NCBI RefSeq assembly: GCF_009914755.1
Contig: NC_060941.1
Source of the DNA: the human T2T-CHM13v2.0 reference genome, Homo sapiens
Length of the DNA: 64,000 bases
Direction: 5' to 3' (one strand)
Below are positions 1-14,129 of this stretch, in pieces. Each line of letters opens with the position of its first letter. Position 1 is the first letter of the stretch. The notes below the pieces were generated by a model. It worked only from the letters and a program-made list of their open reading frames with translations, was not told the origin of the DNA and searched no databases. The position numbers and the translations under genes were made by a program.

Positions 1-90
1 TCCCCATTTTGCAGATAAGGAAATGAGGCCGAGAGGTTCAGTCATTTTCCAATGTTATGCAACAAGATGCTAGGGCTGGATTCAGATTCC
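1..90 (-). mobile_element. MIR SINE fragment
   Basis: cccattttgcagataaggaaatgaggccgagaggtt is the reverse complement of the MIR core (cctcagtttcctcatctgtaaaatggg). Confidence 0.8.
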
Positions 91-143
91 TTTTCTTTTT
101 CTTTCTCTTTCTTTTCTTTTTTGTTTTTTTCTTCTCCAAAGCC

Positions 144-630
<487 letters not shown>

Positions 631-3280
631 CTCTTTGCGCTGTCCTTCTCCCCGGGCAGGGCTTTCTCCCAGTATCAGGTCCCTCCCAAGGCATGCTGGA
701 GCCCTCTCTCTGAGGGCAGAGGATGCCTGGGCCATGTTCCTACCACCAAGTCTTTCTTCTGACTTTCCCTTCTCCCACCCCATCTCATTCCAACTGAAAG
801 CTCTGACCCTGCGGCTACTTCCCTGGGTGACCCTGGGCAAATCACCAGACTTCTCTGGACCCCGTTGCCTAATTAAAGACAGTAAGGACACTGGTCCTAA
901 AAGGGTACAGAGCCACTGTAGAAAGTATCAGATCCCAGAGAAGAAGCGGATCCTACTCCCAGGACACCATGAGGAGAGTCAGGACCTAGAGGCACAGGAG
1001 TTCCCCGGGGGCTCCCCATGGCTCCAAAGGGTCTAGTCCAGCCAGTGACCGCAAGAACAGAATCCATACCAGCAGCCGGCCACAGAGGGCCGGCCAGTTA
1101 TTCAGCACTGAGCTGGCCCTTCCCGCGGAATATATGTCCTCAAAACAGCCCGCTGGGTGGGCCTGGTTAGGGCCATCTCCCTTTTCGGGGTGGGAACGCC
1201 GAGGCTGAGAGACGACGGAAACTTGTGGAGTCAGGAAAGGGCGAGGGGGAGGGTGGTTAACACCAGCTTTGGGGTGTGTGGGGCTCCCTGCTGGAGAGAA
1301 ACAGTCCAGGCTTAGAGACCAGAAATACACAGGCAGCAGCCGCCGTTGCTATGGGCAGCCACTGGTTACATGGCCTTTGTGGCTGGGGGCGGGGGGCCCT
1401 GCTGATCTCGGGGTTACCTTGAATGAGACCCTCACATCCTGTTTGCAGGAAGACCCAGGCCTCACTGTCTGACTGTCCCTGTGACACATGGCTCATCTGA
1501 GTCCAGGCCTGCATGCAGGTGGCAACACACTGGTGATATTATCACTTAAAATCACAAGATAACGGGAATAACCATCAGCATTTTCTCTCCAGTGGTTGCT
1601 GAGACAAGCCATTCCCCTCTTCTCAGTGTTACACAGGCTGCTGGCCGGCCTGGGGAGCCACATGGCCCCTGCCCACGCGGGGCCACGCAGGTCCCACCTG
1701 GCTGCCTCCCCAGGTGGCCCCTTCGTTTCCTGAGGAGGGGGTAGGGGGTCTCTCCTGTCCTCCTATCAGATCGCTCCAACTGCCCCCTTTGGGGACTTCC
1801 CTGTTGTTGGTGAAATTGTTTAAGTTGGGAGTTTTGCTCAGTTCCAGCTCTGTCATCGCAGATAATTGTGTCACCTGGCACGTGTTCCTGTGTGAGTCAG
1901 TCCTGGGGTGCTGTGGAGGGAGGGCTCTGGATGCAGGAAACTGGGGCTTGAATCCTGCCCTCTTCCTCTCCTGTCCCCTTTCCCAACATCTTTCTCCAGA
2001 AAGATTGTCTTCCCGATGTGCCAGCTGTGCCTGTCTGCTTGCCCCGTGTCCCCATCTCTAGGGCCACCCCCAGTACCAGGAGCCTCCGAGGATGGTGGGC
2101 CATGGCAGGGAAGCCACTAACCTGCTAGGAATTTGAAAAATGTTCCCACGTTTCAAGGGGCGCCATGCTGGGGCTCTGCCTCCCAGGGGTAGCACTGACT
2201 CCCTCTGGGGCTTGGCTTGGAGCCAAAGAACAGAGTGGTGACCTGTGACTACCAGGAGTCCCTGGCGGAATCTAGCCACCTGGTGGACGGGTGGCACTGC
2301 CCTGCCTGTGCCAGCAGATCCAGGGTGTTCTCTGAGCCCCTGCAGCAATCTGAGTCAACCCTTCCACAGCCGGCCTGAAGCCCCCAGGAGTGACGTCCAC
2401 CACCAGGGATTGAGGGCCACTTGCACTCTTGTCATTTTTTATTGGTTGTGGGGACAGGGCTGAGACCAAAGTCTGTATTCAGAGCAATCTGCCTGAAACC
2501 TGGTGTCACAGGAATTTTCCAGGATACTTCAGTCCAGGGCTGTGAGAAGGGGAGAGAGTGTTTTAGGGTGGGGTGGATGGAGTCAGGTTGTTGGAGGAGG
2601 TGTGCAGAGGCCTTCACATAGGAGGCTGCCCTGTGCCCAGAGTCCCAGTGGTCCCCCAGTGAAATCACCAAGCCAGGCTTAGCTTGGCAGGCTATAGGGT
2701 AAACAGTGCTCTGGGGGGGGCGGGGGCGGGGTGCTAGCAGATGGGGCTAGTCCTGGGGGGCAGCGTGAGGCTGGCCCTGGTCCTGGGGCACATAGGTGGT
2801 CCCAAGATGGGCATTGGTACCACAGAGCTCAGCCCCATTGGCAGTGATGTCCGAGCGGGGCAGGTCCAGGATGGCTGTGGCCAGGTGCCAGGAGCTGGCT
2901 TCAGTGCAAAAACAGTTAAAGTCCGAGGACAGAAAGAGCTGGGCTGCAGGGAGCCCGTGCCCTCCTGCCACAGTGACAGGCAGTATTTGCAGGGGGGAAG
3001 GAGGAACCTTCTGCCAAGAAGGGACCTGACCTGGTCCAGCCAGCTGGAGCTGACCCAGGTCTCCCTGCCTCCTCCGTTTCCTGCAGGCACAACTCTTCCA
3101 GGGTTGGCGATTCAGCACAGGTGTGCCCCAGATTAGTGTCCAGCGCCACCCTGGCCTTGTGGAGAGACGGTTAGGTGTCAGCAGAGCTGCTGAGCCAGGG
3201 CAGGGGCGGACGCTGACCCCATGCATACAGCTGGCTGAGAGAAGGCGGTGTGCCCTGGCCGGTCCTCCCACCAGCAGTGT

Positions 3281-3322
3281 CCACCTGTCTGGGCACTGGT
3301 ACCACCTGTCTGGGCACTGGTA
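3281..3322. repeat. Exact 21-bp tandem duplication
   Basis: ccacctgtctgggcactggta at 3281-3301 and 3302-3322. Confidence 0.95.
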
Positions 3323-3445
3323 CCCCTCCTACAATTGTTCTCAAGATGTGCTCCTGCCTTTTGGCTGGAGACTGGGATGGGGGTTGGATATCAGGATGGC
3401 GGAGAGTTTCCTGCCCCTGTAACCTGGCAGGAGCTTCAGGACCTT

Positions 3446-3570
3446 GCTGCCTCAGTTTCCTCATTTGCAACACAAGGAAATAGTACCGCCTCATCGGATG
3501 TCATGAAGATGAAGTGAGAGAATTGTAAGATTGCTCGGCAAAGGGCCCAGCACATGGTAAGTGCTCAGCC
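3446..3570 (+). mobile_element. MIR SINE fragment
   Basis: gcctcagtttcctcatttgcaa...gcccagcacatggtaagtgctcag, MIR core plus 3' end. Confidence 0.8.
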
Positions 3571-4229
3571 AAACCAAGGTGTCGCAGCTCTTCTCTGCAC
3601 TCAGGCGCGAGGGAACTCCTTTGTCCTGCTGTGAGGCCGAGGAGTTGAAGCTTCCGTATCTGGGCGGGGAGGCTGGTCTGACCTCTGTCCTCCCACCTGC
3701 CCTGGGCAGAGGCTGTTCCTGGTCGTGGGGCTCAGGGAGCCCTGTGGTGCAGGGCTGGCTCTGTGGCACCTGGAAATGCCAAGTCAGGGCACCAGCGAGG
3801 GTCCCCTCATCCCCCAAGAGGCTGGGGGCACAGACGTCTCCACCTGGCTCACTCCCCGCTACTGGCCCCCAGACTTTTCCACCCCAGGAAATGTCTCCCC
3901 TGCCTGCAGCTTCAGCGAAAGCCCAGGAGGCACGCTTGGCTCCTGCCCATCCTCCCTGACCACGGTCCCGCCAGCACAATCCAACCAGCAAGCCTCTCAG
4001 CCCTGCCTCCAAAACCAACCCCAAATCCCCTTCTCTCTACGTCCTGCTAGTGCCCCAATCCAGGTCACTTTCACCCCCTCCCCACACTAGGGTCTCACAT
4101 GGCCCCCGCAGGCATCCCCACCCCACCCCCGTCCCACCTCCATCATCCACCAGCCCCAGAGCTAGGAGCCAAACTGGTCCTGCCTTAGACTCTTGGCTGT
4201 GCTACCCGGCCTTCCTGAGCCAGCCTGCC

Positions 4230-4262
4230 TCTACACCCCTTCTCTCTGCCTCTCTCTCCATG

Positions 4263-4300
<38 letters not shown>

Positions 4301-4370
4301 CCTCCCTATCTCTCTCCCCCTCCCCTGGCCTCATGCTCCTCCCCTGGCCTCATGTTCCTCCCCTTCTCAC
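4230..4370. repeat. (CT)n-rich tract ending in a 19-bp duplication
   Basis: ctctctctct run, then ctcccctggcctcatg(c/t)tc twice. Confidence 0.85.
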
Positions 4371-4974
4371 TAAAATTTCCTCCCAGATTCTTCTGACCTT
4401 CCCAGCTTGTTCCTGGCTGGGGCCTGCACTCCAGCTGTCCCTGTGTCTGGTTTTCTCTGTCCCTGATGTCACCGGGTCATTAGGTCTCAGAGAGGCCCCT
4501 GACCACCAGGCCTGAAGCACAGCCTGGGCCTCACACTTGTTCTGTTCTCTGCTGAGCACTCACGTGATCATGATTTCCTGTTTGGGGACTAATGGTCCCC
4601 CCCCAACCTCCAAGACGGTAGGCTTCATGAGCTCAGGGCCACCCACATCCCCAATACCTGGAGGGTGCAGACGGCACGCTCACTGAAGTCCTTGAAGGGA
4701 AGTGAAGGAATGGGTGAGGGCCCCTCCCCAACGGACACAGAAGCACAGGGGGTATCAGGCAGGGTTGCCAGCACACCACTGTGCCTGGCTCTCTGCCAGA
4801 TGCATCGGCCACCCTCAAAGGACTTCAGATCTGGTTACGGTAGCTCCCCCACCCCATCTCACCCATACTAACACTGTGTGGTCAAGTGGCACATGGTGGG
4901 CTATGGATGGTCAGGAAGCAGGAGGCCCTCGGGCTGGGCTTGGAGCTGGAACAATCAGAGGTGACATTTCCTCT

Positions 4975-5927
<953 letters not shown>

Positions 5928-5929
5928 TC

Positions 5930-6110
5930 AGCAGTCCACGTGCATTGATTCAGCCAATATACAACAGCTCTCTGAGGGAGAAGAGACCACTGCCCCTCTT
6001 GTACAGAAGGGGAATCTGAGGCAGGGAGAGTTTACTTGCCTAAGGACTCAGGGCTGGTACAGGCTGGAGCAGGGTTTACAGCCAGCTCCCTGTGGCTCTA
6101 GGACCTGCAC
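5930..6110 (-). mobile_element. MIR SINE fragment
   Basis: cccctcttgtacagaaggggaatctgaggcagggagagtttacttgcctaagg resembles the reverse MIR core. Confidence 0.65.
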
Positions 6111-8089
6111 AGTCAGCCACCCCATCTGCTATGGCTCCCAGTGAGCACATGATGACGTCAGCCTCGGCCTTCTCCAAACTCCAAGGTGGTGGTGCCAGCT
6201 CCACTTTTGCCTGGAAGGTCGGTGGGTGACACTGGGCACATTGAGCCTTGTGTTCCACCAGGGACCAGAGTAAGCCCAGCCCACTTCTCTGCCCCTTCCT
6301 GGTGCAGCCCACCTTGCCCCCAGGCTGCCACTGGGTTCAGGCTCTGTACACATGGCACAGCCTGGTTCTGCCCCACCTGCCTGGCTCTGCCCAGATCTTT
6401 CAAAGCTCCAAGGCCTCCAAGGATTCCAATGGTGGGGAGGGGGGGGGGGTAGTGCTGCTCGACTGGTACCTTATACTGTAAATACAGATATAAATATTAC
6501 AATTGAGTTTAATATTTAATACAATCAGGTTAATACACATTCCAAACTCCATAAATAATCATTAGCTGAGGTTCTAATTGTGCTGGTGGGATCCAACTTC
6601 ATGACTAATTTAAGGACCAGAAGATATTCCCATACTCAGCTCCCCGAAACACCATAAATTAACCCGCAGCCCAATCTCTGCTGTTACAGCCGACGCGGTA
6701 TGTTTGCCAAGGATGGCCTGGCCACTGCGGGCCTCTGCCCAAACCTCCCCAGGCTCACTGCCTGGACAGGCAGGGGTAGCATGTGGCGTGCTGGGCCTTG
6801 AAAACTCCACTGGGTCAAGGGTCAAGTCACTGTTGCGGGTGGAGGCTTGGAAGGAGGGTTGGCTGTAGTGTGGGGGCTCATGGTGGGAAGCCAGCTGCTT
6901 GCAAGGGGAAGCAGAGGATGGGGCAAGCCAGAAGGCTCGGAGACAGCGTGTGCAAACACAGAGCCTGGGCACATCCCCTTAGCCCCCTGCAGTCCTGCAC
7001 CTTGGGCAGGGGACTCACGGGGATGGGAGGTTGTCTCTGCAGAGTTCTGGAGAGGGACTTCAGAGTTGCCACCGAAGCAAAATCCCAAGAGCTTTACAGG
7101 CAGGAGGGCAGGGGCAGTTTTCTCAGCCTGATTGGAGACTTCTGTGTGATATGAGGAAAAAGCCTGGAAAGTGTGGCTCACTCTGCAAATGTACACAAAA
7201 TGCCAACATTTCAGAGGTGTGTGGTGACAACAAGGGGCCACATCTGGAATTGAGATGGCCCCAGGAAGGCTGGGAGGCTGGCCCGTGGCAGCCATGGGGG
7301 GCCTCGGGGGTCCAGTCCTGGGAGAGGCAGCACCAGAACTCCACAGCCCTGCTCCCCAGGCCTGACGGGCTCCCTGGCCCGTGGCTCCAGGCTGCCTGTA
7401 GTAACAGCATCATAGGATCACGAGAAAGAGGGCCTCTGCCCCCCTCCTCAGAATAGCTGAGGACCCTGGTTCCTGGTACCCCAGAAGAGGGACCCCGATG
7501 CCAAGCTCTTGGTGTCACCCTGCCTGATGGGGTGGTTCAGGCGCCTGCCACATGGCACCTGCTCCCAGAGTGGGGGAGGTTGAAGCCAGAACTTTGCTGG
7601 CCCTGCCTCTTGGTGGGTGCCCCCTGCCCAGCTGCCTCCCACTGGGAAGTGGCCCTTGCAGTGAGGTGGGGAACCAGGGAGCATGCAGACCCCCACCCTG
7701 CCTGTGTGCTGTGGGCGTGGCCTGTGGTGCCGGCCGGGCCTGTGCCCAGTCTTGGCCTGGAGATCTGCCCTGCCAGCGGCAGCCCGCACGGCTTGTGTCT
7801 CTGTCTGGTGTCCAGGTGCAGCCTCACACGAAAGGCACCCCTGACTTAAGCCTCTACCCTGTCCAGGACGAAGATGCATCCACATGCATAGGGCAGTGGC
7901 CCATCGTCAGCTTAGTGGAATAGCCAGGGCACATGATGCCAGAACGGGAAGGGACTTAGTGATCTCCTGGCCCAGCCCCTCCAGTGACAGATGAGGAAAT
8001 GCAAGCCGTGGGAGGAGAGGCAGGGGAGTGGTGCCAGCAGCCGGTTCTGGTTGAGCACTTTTGTGGGGCCAGCTGCCTCTGCCTCTGTC

Positions 8090-8245
8090 ATCCCACTTAC
8101 ATCTCCACATGCTCCTCTCACAACTTTTGGAGGCACATATTAGTAATGCGCCCATTTTACAGATGAAGAAATTGAGGGTCAGAGAGCTTCAGTCCTCCAA
8201 TTACTAGTGGCAGAGCTGGGACTAAAATTCTGGCTTAGAACCACA
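8090..8245 (-). mobile_element. MIR SINE fragment
   Basis: cccattttacagatgaagaaattgagggtcagagag...ctagtggcagagctggga. Confidence 0.85.
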
Positions 8246-9225
8246 CCGTGATAGGAGGAGGAGGAGAGGAGAGGGCAGGGGAGGGGTGGCAACAGGGTAA
8301 GGTGGGCACGGGAGGTGTTCACGGGGTCTTAAGAACAGCCAGGAGAAAAAGATACAGAATTGGATTAGCAGGAGGTGTCTCTGCTTCTCTAGGTTGGACA
8401 TTTTGGGGACATGGGTCCTGGCACACAGTAGGCACTCGATATTTATACTGACAGGGTCCCACAGCACCCAGGACATTCCCTCCTCCAGTGCTTACATTCT
8501 GGGACCTCTAATGGTCCAGTTCACTCTTGTTATTTTTCTAGACCTTGATGCTGAGATTCCAGTGGGTGGAGGGAGCATCCCCCACCACCCTCACGGCACA
8601 GCATGGCCCGGCCCGGCACGGTACGGCACTGTCACGGCGGGTTGTGGGCACGTGGCAGATGCTGGGTGACCAAATAGAGCGAAGGCATGACCCAGTCCAA
8701 ATAACCTATGTGCCAGCCAGTTGTTTCTGGTCACCCTGTCCTGTCCAGCTAGCACTGCTAGCATTTGCTCAGTAAACGCAAACTCACTGCAGGCAGGCCT
8801 CAGCTCCCCACAGCCAGCAAGGCACTCCCACGGCAGACAGCTCTGCCCTGCAGGCTCGTGGTTGCAGATGTAAACTTCACTCCTTGGGAGCTGTGGGCTC
8901 CGCTGTCCACCCCAGGCAGGGGGAGGTCACATTCTCAGGAAAGGGGATGCAGGTTAGTGTTTGTCACTGAGAGGTTGGAAAAAAAGGACCCGTGTTGTCT
9001 AGGGAGGAACAACTGGAAGGTCTTAACAACTCCAGGCACCAGAGAGGTGAGGCACAGTCCAAGAGGCACCGCGTGTCTGTGTGTGTGCCTGGTGTGTGTG
9101 TGTGCTTCTCAGAACAATTCTAAAATAGTAATGGGTAGTCCAGAGGAAAAAAATCATGTCACCATTAAGAATGTCACCACACCCCTATGGGAAGAGCGAA
9201 GCAGCAGCTAGGGTTGTAGACAGAA

Positions 9226-9455
9226 GGCACAGCATGCACATGTGTATGCACACACACACACGCACATACATGTCACACACATGTGCGTGCACACACACAC
9301 GCACACACCACTCACACACACATGCACACTTATACACACCACACACTCACAAACATGCACACACACGCACACATGCACACACACACATGCACACACCCTC
9401 CACACACATGCATATACGCACATGCACACACCACACATACACCCCCCAACACACC
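9226..9455. repeat. Compound (CA)n/(CATG) microsatellite
   Basis: About 230 bp of cacacacac/catgcacac. Confidence 0.95.
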
Positions 9456-10214
9456 CATCCTCTGAGGAAACCATCAATGCGACAAAAAGAAAACACGTGA
9501 GTCCTATGGGACTGTCTGTGTGAGATGGAGAAGACACACAGAGGGTCTGGGCACAGGACACACACACGCTGGAATGTGAGGCCCACCCATCAAGGCCGCA
9601 ATGCCTTCCTGCGAGGCCTCCCACACCGGAGCTCAAGCTCTGTGGAGCTCCAAGTTCCATGGAGGGGCCTCACCCCTGCCTTGAGCAACTGGGAATGTCT
9701 TCGGAGTGAGCTCAGGTTCCCATAACGCCTTTGAGGAGAACACGCTGATTCAGGAGGGTGTTCCTTTTAGAGAGTGAATTTAGACGAAAGTCATTATGTT
9801 TTGGTCACAGTCATGTAGACGGGCCTTGGGGCGCACGGCAGGCGGGGCTGGCATCCTCCTATCAAAGCTGAGCACAATGAACCGAAGCATCCAGATTTGC
9901 CTCTGCTTTGCCAGGGGCCTCTGCCTGCACATCATCCTGAGACCAGGAAAGAGCTGCCAGGCAGGCTGTCCCATTGTGGGGGGGGGGGAGGGGAGGGTCT
10001 CCTGCAGGCATGTGGGGCACAGCTCTGCCATCCATCACGTATTACTTAGAACATTCTGGGAAGAACCTCCCATCAATCAGGAGTGTAGGAGAAGAGGCAG
10101 TGAAGCGAGCACGTGGGTGAGGACAGGGGATACTGAAAGATGATCCCCTATCACCTCCAGACCACATCTATCACCCCCACTGGCAGGTGGCAGTGACAGA
10201 TTTCACAAGTGCTT

Positions 10215-10355
10215 CTGAGCCAGACATACCTGGGTTCCAGCCTTGGCACGGACCAGCTATGTGACCTTGGGAGCTTCGCGTGTCTTCCAACCTGAGCTGC
10301 TTTATTTGTAAAATGGGAACAGCCTTGTGGAGTTGAGGGAAGGATTTGGATAATG
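10215..10355 (+). mobile_element. MIR SINE fragment
   Basis: cctgggttccagcc...agctatgtgaccttggg...ttgtaaaatggg. Confidence 0.75.
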
Positions 10356-10359
10356 ATGG

Positions 10360-10725
10360 GACTACCCAGGTGCCTTGGGCCTGGAGGAGCCGTGGGCTTG
10401 TGGTTTAGCTTGGATGCGTGTGGTTAGCTTAGAGAGGACTATCCAAATGCCTTGGGGCTGGAAGGAGCCGCGGGCTTGTGGGTTAGTTTGGATATATGGG
10501 GTTAGCTTAGAGAAGACTATCCAGGTGCCTTGGGCCTGGAGGAGACGCAGGCTTGTGGTTTAGCTTGGATGCATGTGGTTAGCTTAGAGAGGACTATCCA
10601 GACGCCTTGGGGCTGGAAGGAGCCACGGGCTTGTGGGTTAGTTTGGATGTATGGGGTTAGCTTAGAGAAGACTATCTAGGTGCCTTGGGTCTGGAGGAGC
10701 TGCAGGCTTGTGGGGTGAGCTTGGG
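10360..10725. repeat. Minisatellite with alternating 77/78-bp units (A-B-A-B-A', 155-bp higher-order period)
   Basis: gacta(c/t) unit starts at 10360, 10437, 10515, 10592, 10670. A units carry gggcctggaggag and gtttagcttggatgc; B units carry ggggctggaaggag and ggttagtttggat. Confidence 0.95.
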
Positions 10726-12397
10726 TTGGCTCAGGTTGGCTCTCCTGCCCTTTGGATATTTTATCAGCACTCACATCTCTGCACCGCTAGCCCATTCTGC
10801 TCAGTGATCAAATAAACTGGTGGACCTGGCTGGAATTCACACCCAATGGTGTATGCATTTAACTGCCTTCCTCAAGGGATTTTCACACATCAAAAGGTGT
10901 TAAAATCAATAAGTAGCCTTGAGGTTTTTTCTTCTTTGAAAGTAAATATATGCATGATCTTGCACTTGGTCAAGCTCACCCGTCCTGGCATTGGGTGCTT
11001 AGGAGTCCCAGTGAAGGAAGCCATCATCGGGGAAACGAACAAGCCATTAGGCTGCAGAAAGACGTCAGAACAGGTGCAGCCCGTTAATTTCATCATCACT
11101 GAGCGGGTCCGTGGACTTTGCTGAGACAAATATATCTGGAAAGAAAACACTGAGGGGGCAGGGGATGGGAGGAGACTGACATGAATTCAGAGGTTGTTGG
11201 CTGGGGTTGCAGTTTTATTTGCTTTTTGAAATAGTGCTGACCAAAGGCCCTGAAGCTTATTAAGAATCCAGGCAGTTCTGGAGGGGGGCTTGGCAGCACC
11301 ACGGGATGGGCATGGGGAGCTATGGGTGGGGAGGTGGTGGAAGGAGACTTTACCACAAACGAATCCATGAGAAGGTTGATTGAGAACACGGCCACGAAAG
11401 CAGGGGTAACGGAAGGGGTGCAAGGAGAAGAGGGAACCTCGCCCTGTTGGCTGAATAAAGTACAGGAAAACTTCCATGTCAAAATGTTTTTCCCCTAAGG
11501 GATTCGCTGATGCATTTCCTTTTTAGAAAAGGGTTCTTTTCTGCTCTCGGGAGCTTAATTTCATTCGGAATGAAAAATGACGAGAGTGAATTGGACCAGC
11601 AGTTTGTACCCAGCCTGAACTGCTGGCTCAATGCGCTTCATGTTTATTTAGCTGGAAGCCTGGTTGGGAAGTCATTACCTTCACCAATGCAAAGAGAATA
11701 GGGGTGTGGGGTGGGCAGGGAGGGTCACTGCACGGGGATGTGGCTGCAGGGCCGGCCGCTGACCCAGAAGGGGTCCTGGAGGAGCCCATAAGAGGCACTG
11801 TGCAGGGGAAGCCACCTCTGCCACGCATCCGCCTGGACCCCAGGCAGCTGTGTTCTCTGGGCATCGGGGGCCTCAGCCCACCTCTTCCAAACCCAGCACA
11901 ACCAACACAACATCAGTCCAAAGTGTGAGGGCAGCCGCAGGCTGGGCCAGTTCCTGGCCTGATGGAGGCTGGAGAAAGAGGCTGGTCTACTGGACACCCA
12001 CAAAACACGACTGACCCTCAGCTCTGCCTGGTACCTGCAAAGCAGCAGCATCTTTGAAGTGGTTCAGGTTTGAGCCACCCAGCCAGTGGTTCTCACTGTA
12101 TTTTAGCTCATGTGAGGAACAGAACCAAATTGAAAAGGGGAAGCCACCAGCATCACAGGCACACAATCTGAGTGATTTTGTTTTCAAGGCAGGCCTGGAA
12201 AGTTTTCATTTTCAGGAAAGAAATCAAGGCGGGGGCGGGAAGAAAACGCTTGCTAAAGCCATCGATATTTTGTCATATGGAACAGGAGCAGCCTCCGTTA
12301 GTAGGTTTTGCTTCCTTCGTGGTTTCGTGTTCATAGCTTCTAGAATAAATGAGGGAGACAGAAGTCTGCCTGTGCAAAGGTAATATTCCTATGTTCC

Positions 12398-12693
12398 TTT
12401 TCTTTTTTTTTTTTTTTTGAGATGGGAGTCTTGCTCTGTCACCCAGGCTGGAGTGCACTAGCGTGATCTCGGCTCACTGCAACCTCTGTCTCCTGGGTTC
12501 AAGAAATTCTCCTGCCTCAGCCTCTTGAGTAGCTGGGACTATAGGCATGTGCCACCATGCCCAGCTAATTTTTGTATTTTTAGTAGAGATGAGGTTTCAC
12601 CATGTTGGCCAGGCTGGTCTCGAACTCCTGACCTCAAGTGATCTGCCCGCCTCGGCCTCCCAAAGTGCTGGGATTACAGGCGTGAACTATCGC
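12398..12693 (-). mobile_element. AluS element
   Basis: Poly-T, gagatgggagtcttgctctgtcacccaggctgg...ctcccaaagtgctgggattacaggcgtga. Confidence 0.97.
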
Positions 12694-12990
12694 ATGTGAA
12701 TTCGGTCTAGATTTAAAAGTACACGGAATCATGGTGAGATTTGTTGTGTGTGCTTGTGACAGGTCCTTAGAGACCTGGTGGGAGGATGCCTGGGCAGCCC
12801 AGGACCTGCCTTTTCTAGACCCTCTTGTTGGCAACACTCCTCCCGATGTCAGACCCGAGTCCTTGCCCATCATGCAGAGCGGTTAGTGGCTGTGGCAGCT
12901 CCAGCCATCCTGTTTCTTTGTGCTTTGTTGGATCCATCGCCTAGAACTCTATGACTGCTTCAAAACCAACTAATTTCCCTTTGTTTGAGA

Positions 12991-13320
12991 CATCGTATCA
13001 TTTGCCTGTTTCAGTACTTATAAATGGAGATGCCTTCTCCAGGACCATCGTAACATTTGCCTGTTTCAGTACTTATAAATGGAGATGCCTTCTCCAGGAC
13101 CATCGTAACATTTGCCTGTTTCAGTACTTATAAATGGAGATGCCTTCTCCAGGACCATCGTATCATTTGCCTGTTTCAGTACTTATAAATGGAGATGCCT
13201 TCTCCAGGACCATCGTAACATTTGCCTGTTTCAGTACTTATAAATGGAGATGCCTTCTCCAGGACCATCGTATCATTTGCCTGTTTCAGTACTTATAAAT
13301 GGAGATGCCTTCTACAGGAC
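12991..13320. repeat. 55-bp minisatellite/VNTR, exactly 6 copies
   Basis: Unit catcgta(t/a)catttgcctgtttcagtacttataaatggagatgccttctccaggac starts at 12991, 13046, 13101, 13156, 13211, 13266. Confidence 0.98.
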
Positions 13321-13676
13321 AGTTGATTCTCATCTGGGCCATGTTTCCGTGAGCATCGGCACGAGTGGACAGTCCGTTTCCAATGCAGCGTTGCTGAAGA
13401 GAATTATTTATGAAGTCTCTGAACCACTTGGGGTTCAGAAAATATTTTGGGAAGAGTAAAACCTAGGTTACAATATTTAATAACTTTCTTCAATGTTTTG
13501 TTATTCCAAATCCACAACCCAAATGTTTTGGTTTGTTCAGAAAATAACAGCAACAAGAAAGTCATAAAAAATAGGGAGGAGAGTGCGTGGTGATTGAGAC
13601 AGGCCCTCATGGGAGCTGAAGGCTCAGAGCAGTCACAAGGAGATGGCTGGAAGCAGGCTTGGGGGAAGAGACTCGC

Positions 13677-14116
<440 letters not shown>

Positions 14117-14129
14117 TAAATGGTCATGG

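Noticed and set aside
10178-10195. CTCF-like CACTGGCAGGTGGCAGTG (other near-matches near 27686, 49547, 53805)
   Set aside because: Each has a core mismatch, and such matches are common in GC-rich DNA; ChIP data are needed.
12991-13320. Possible CRISPR-like array (also considered for 10360-10725 and 48632-49370)
   Set aside because: Units are head-to-tail with no unique spacers, there are no cas genes, and the DNA is primate.
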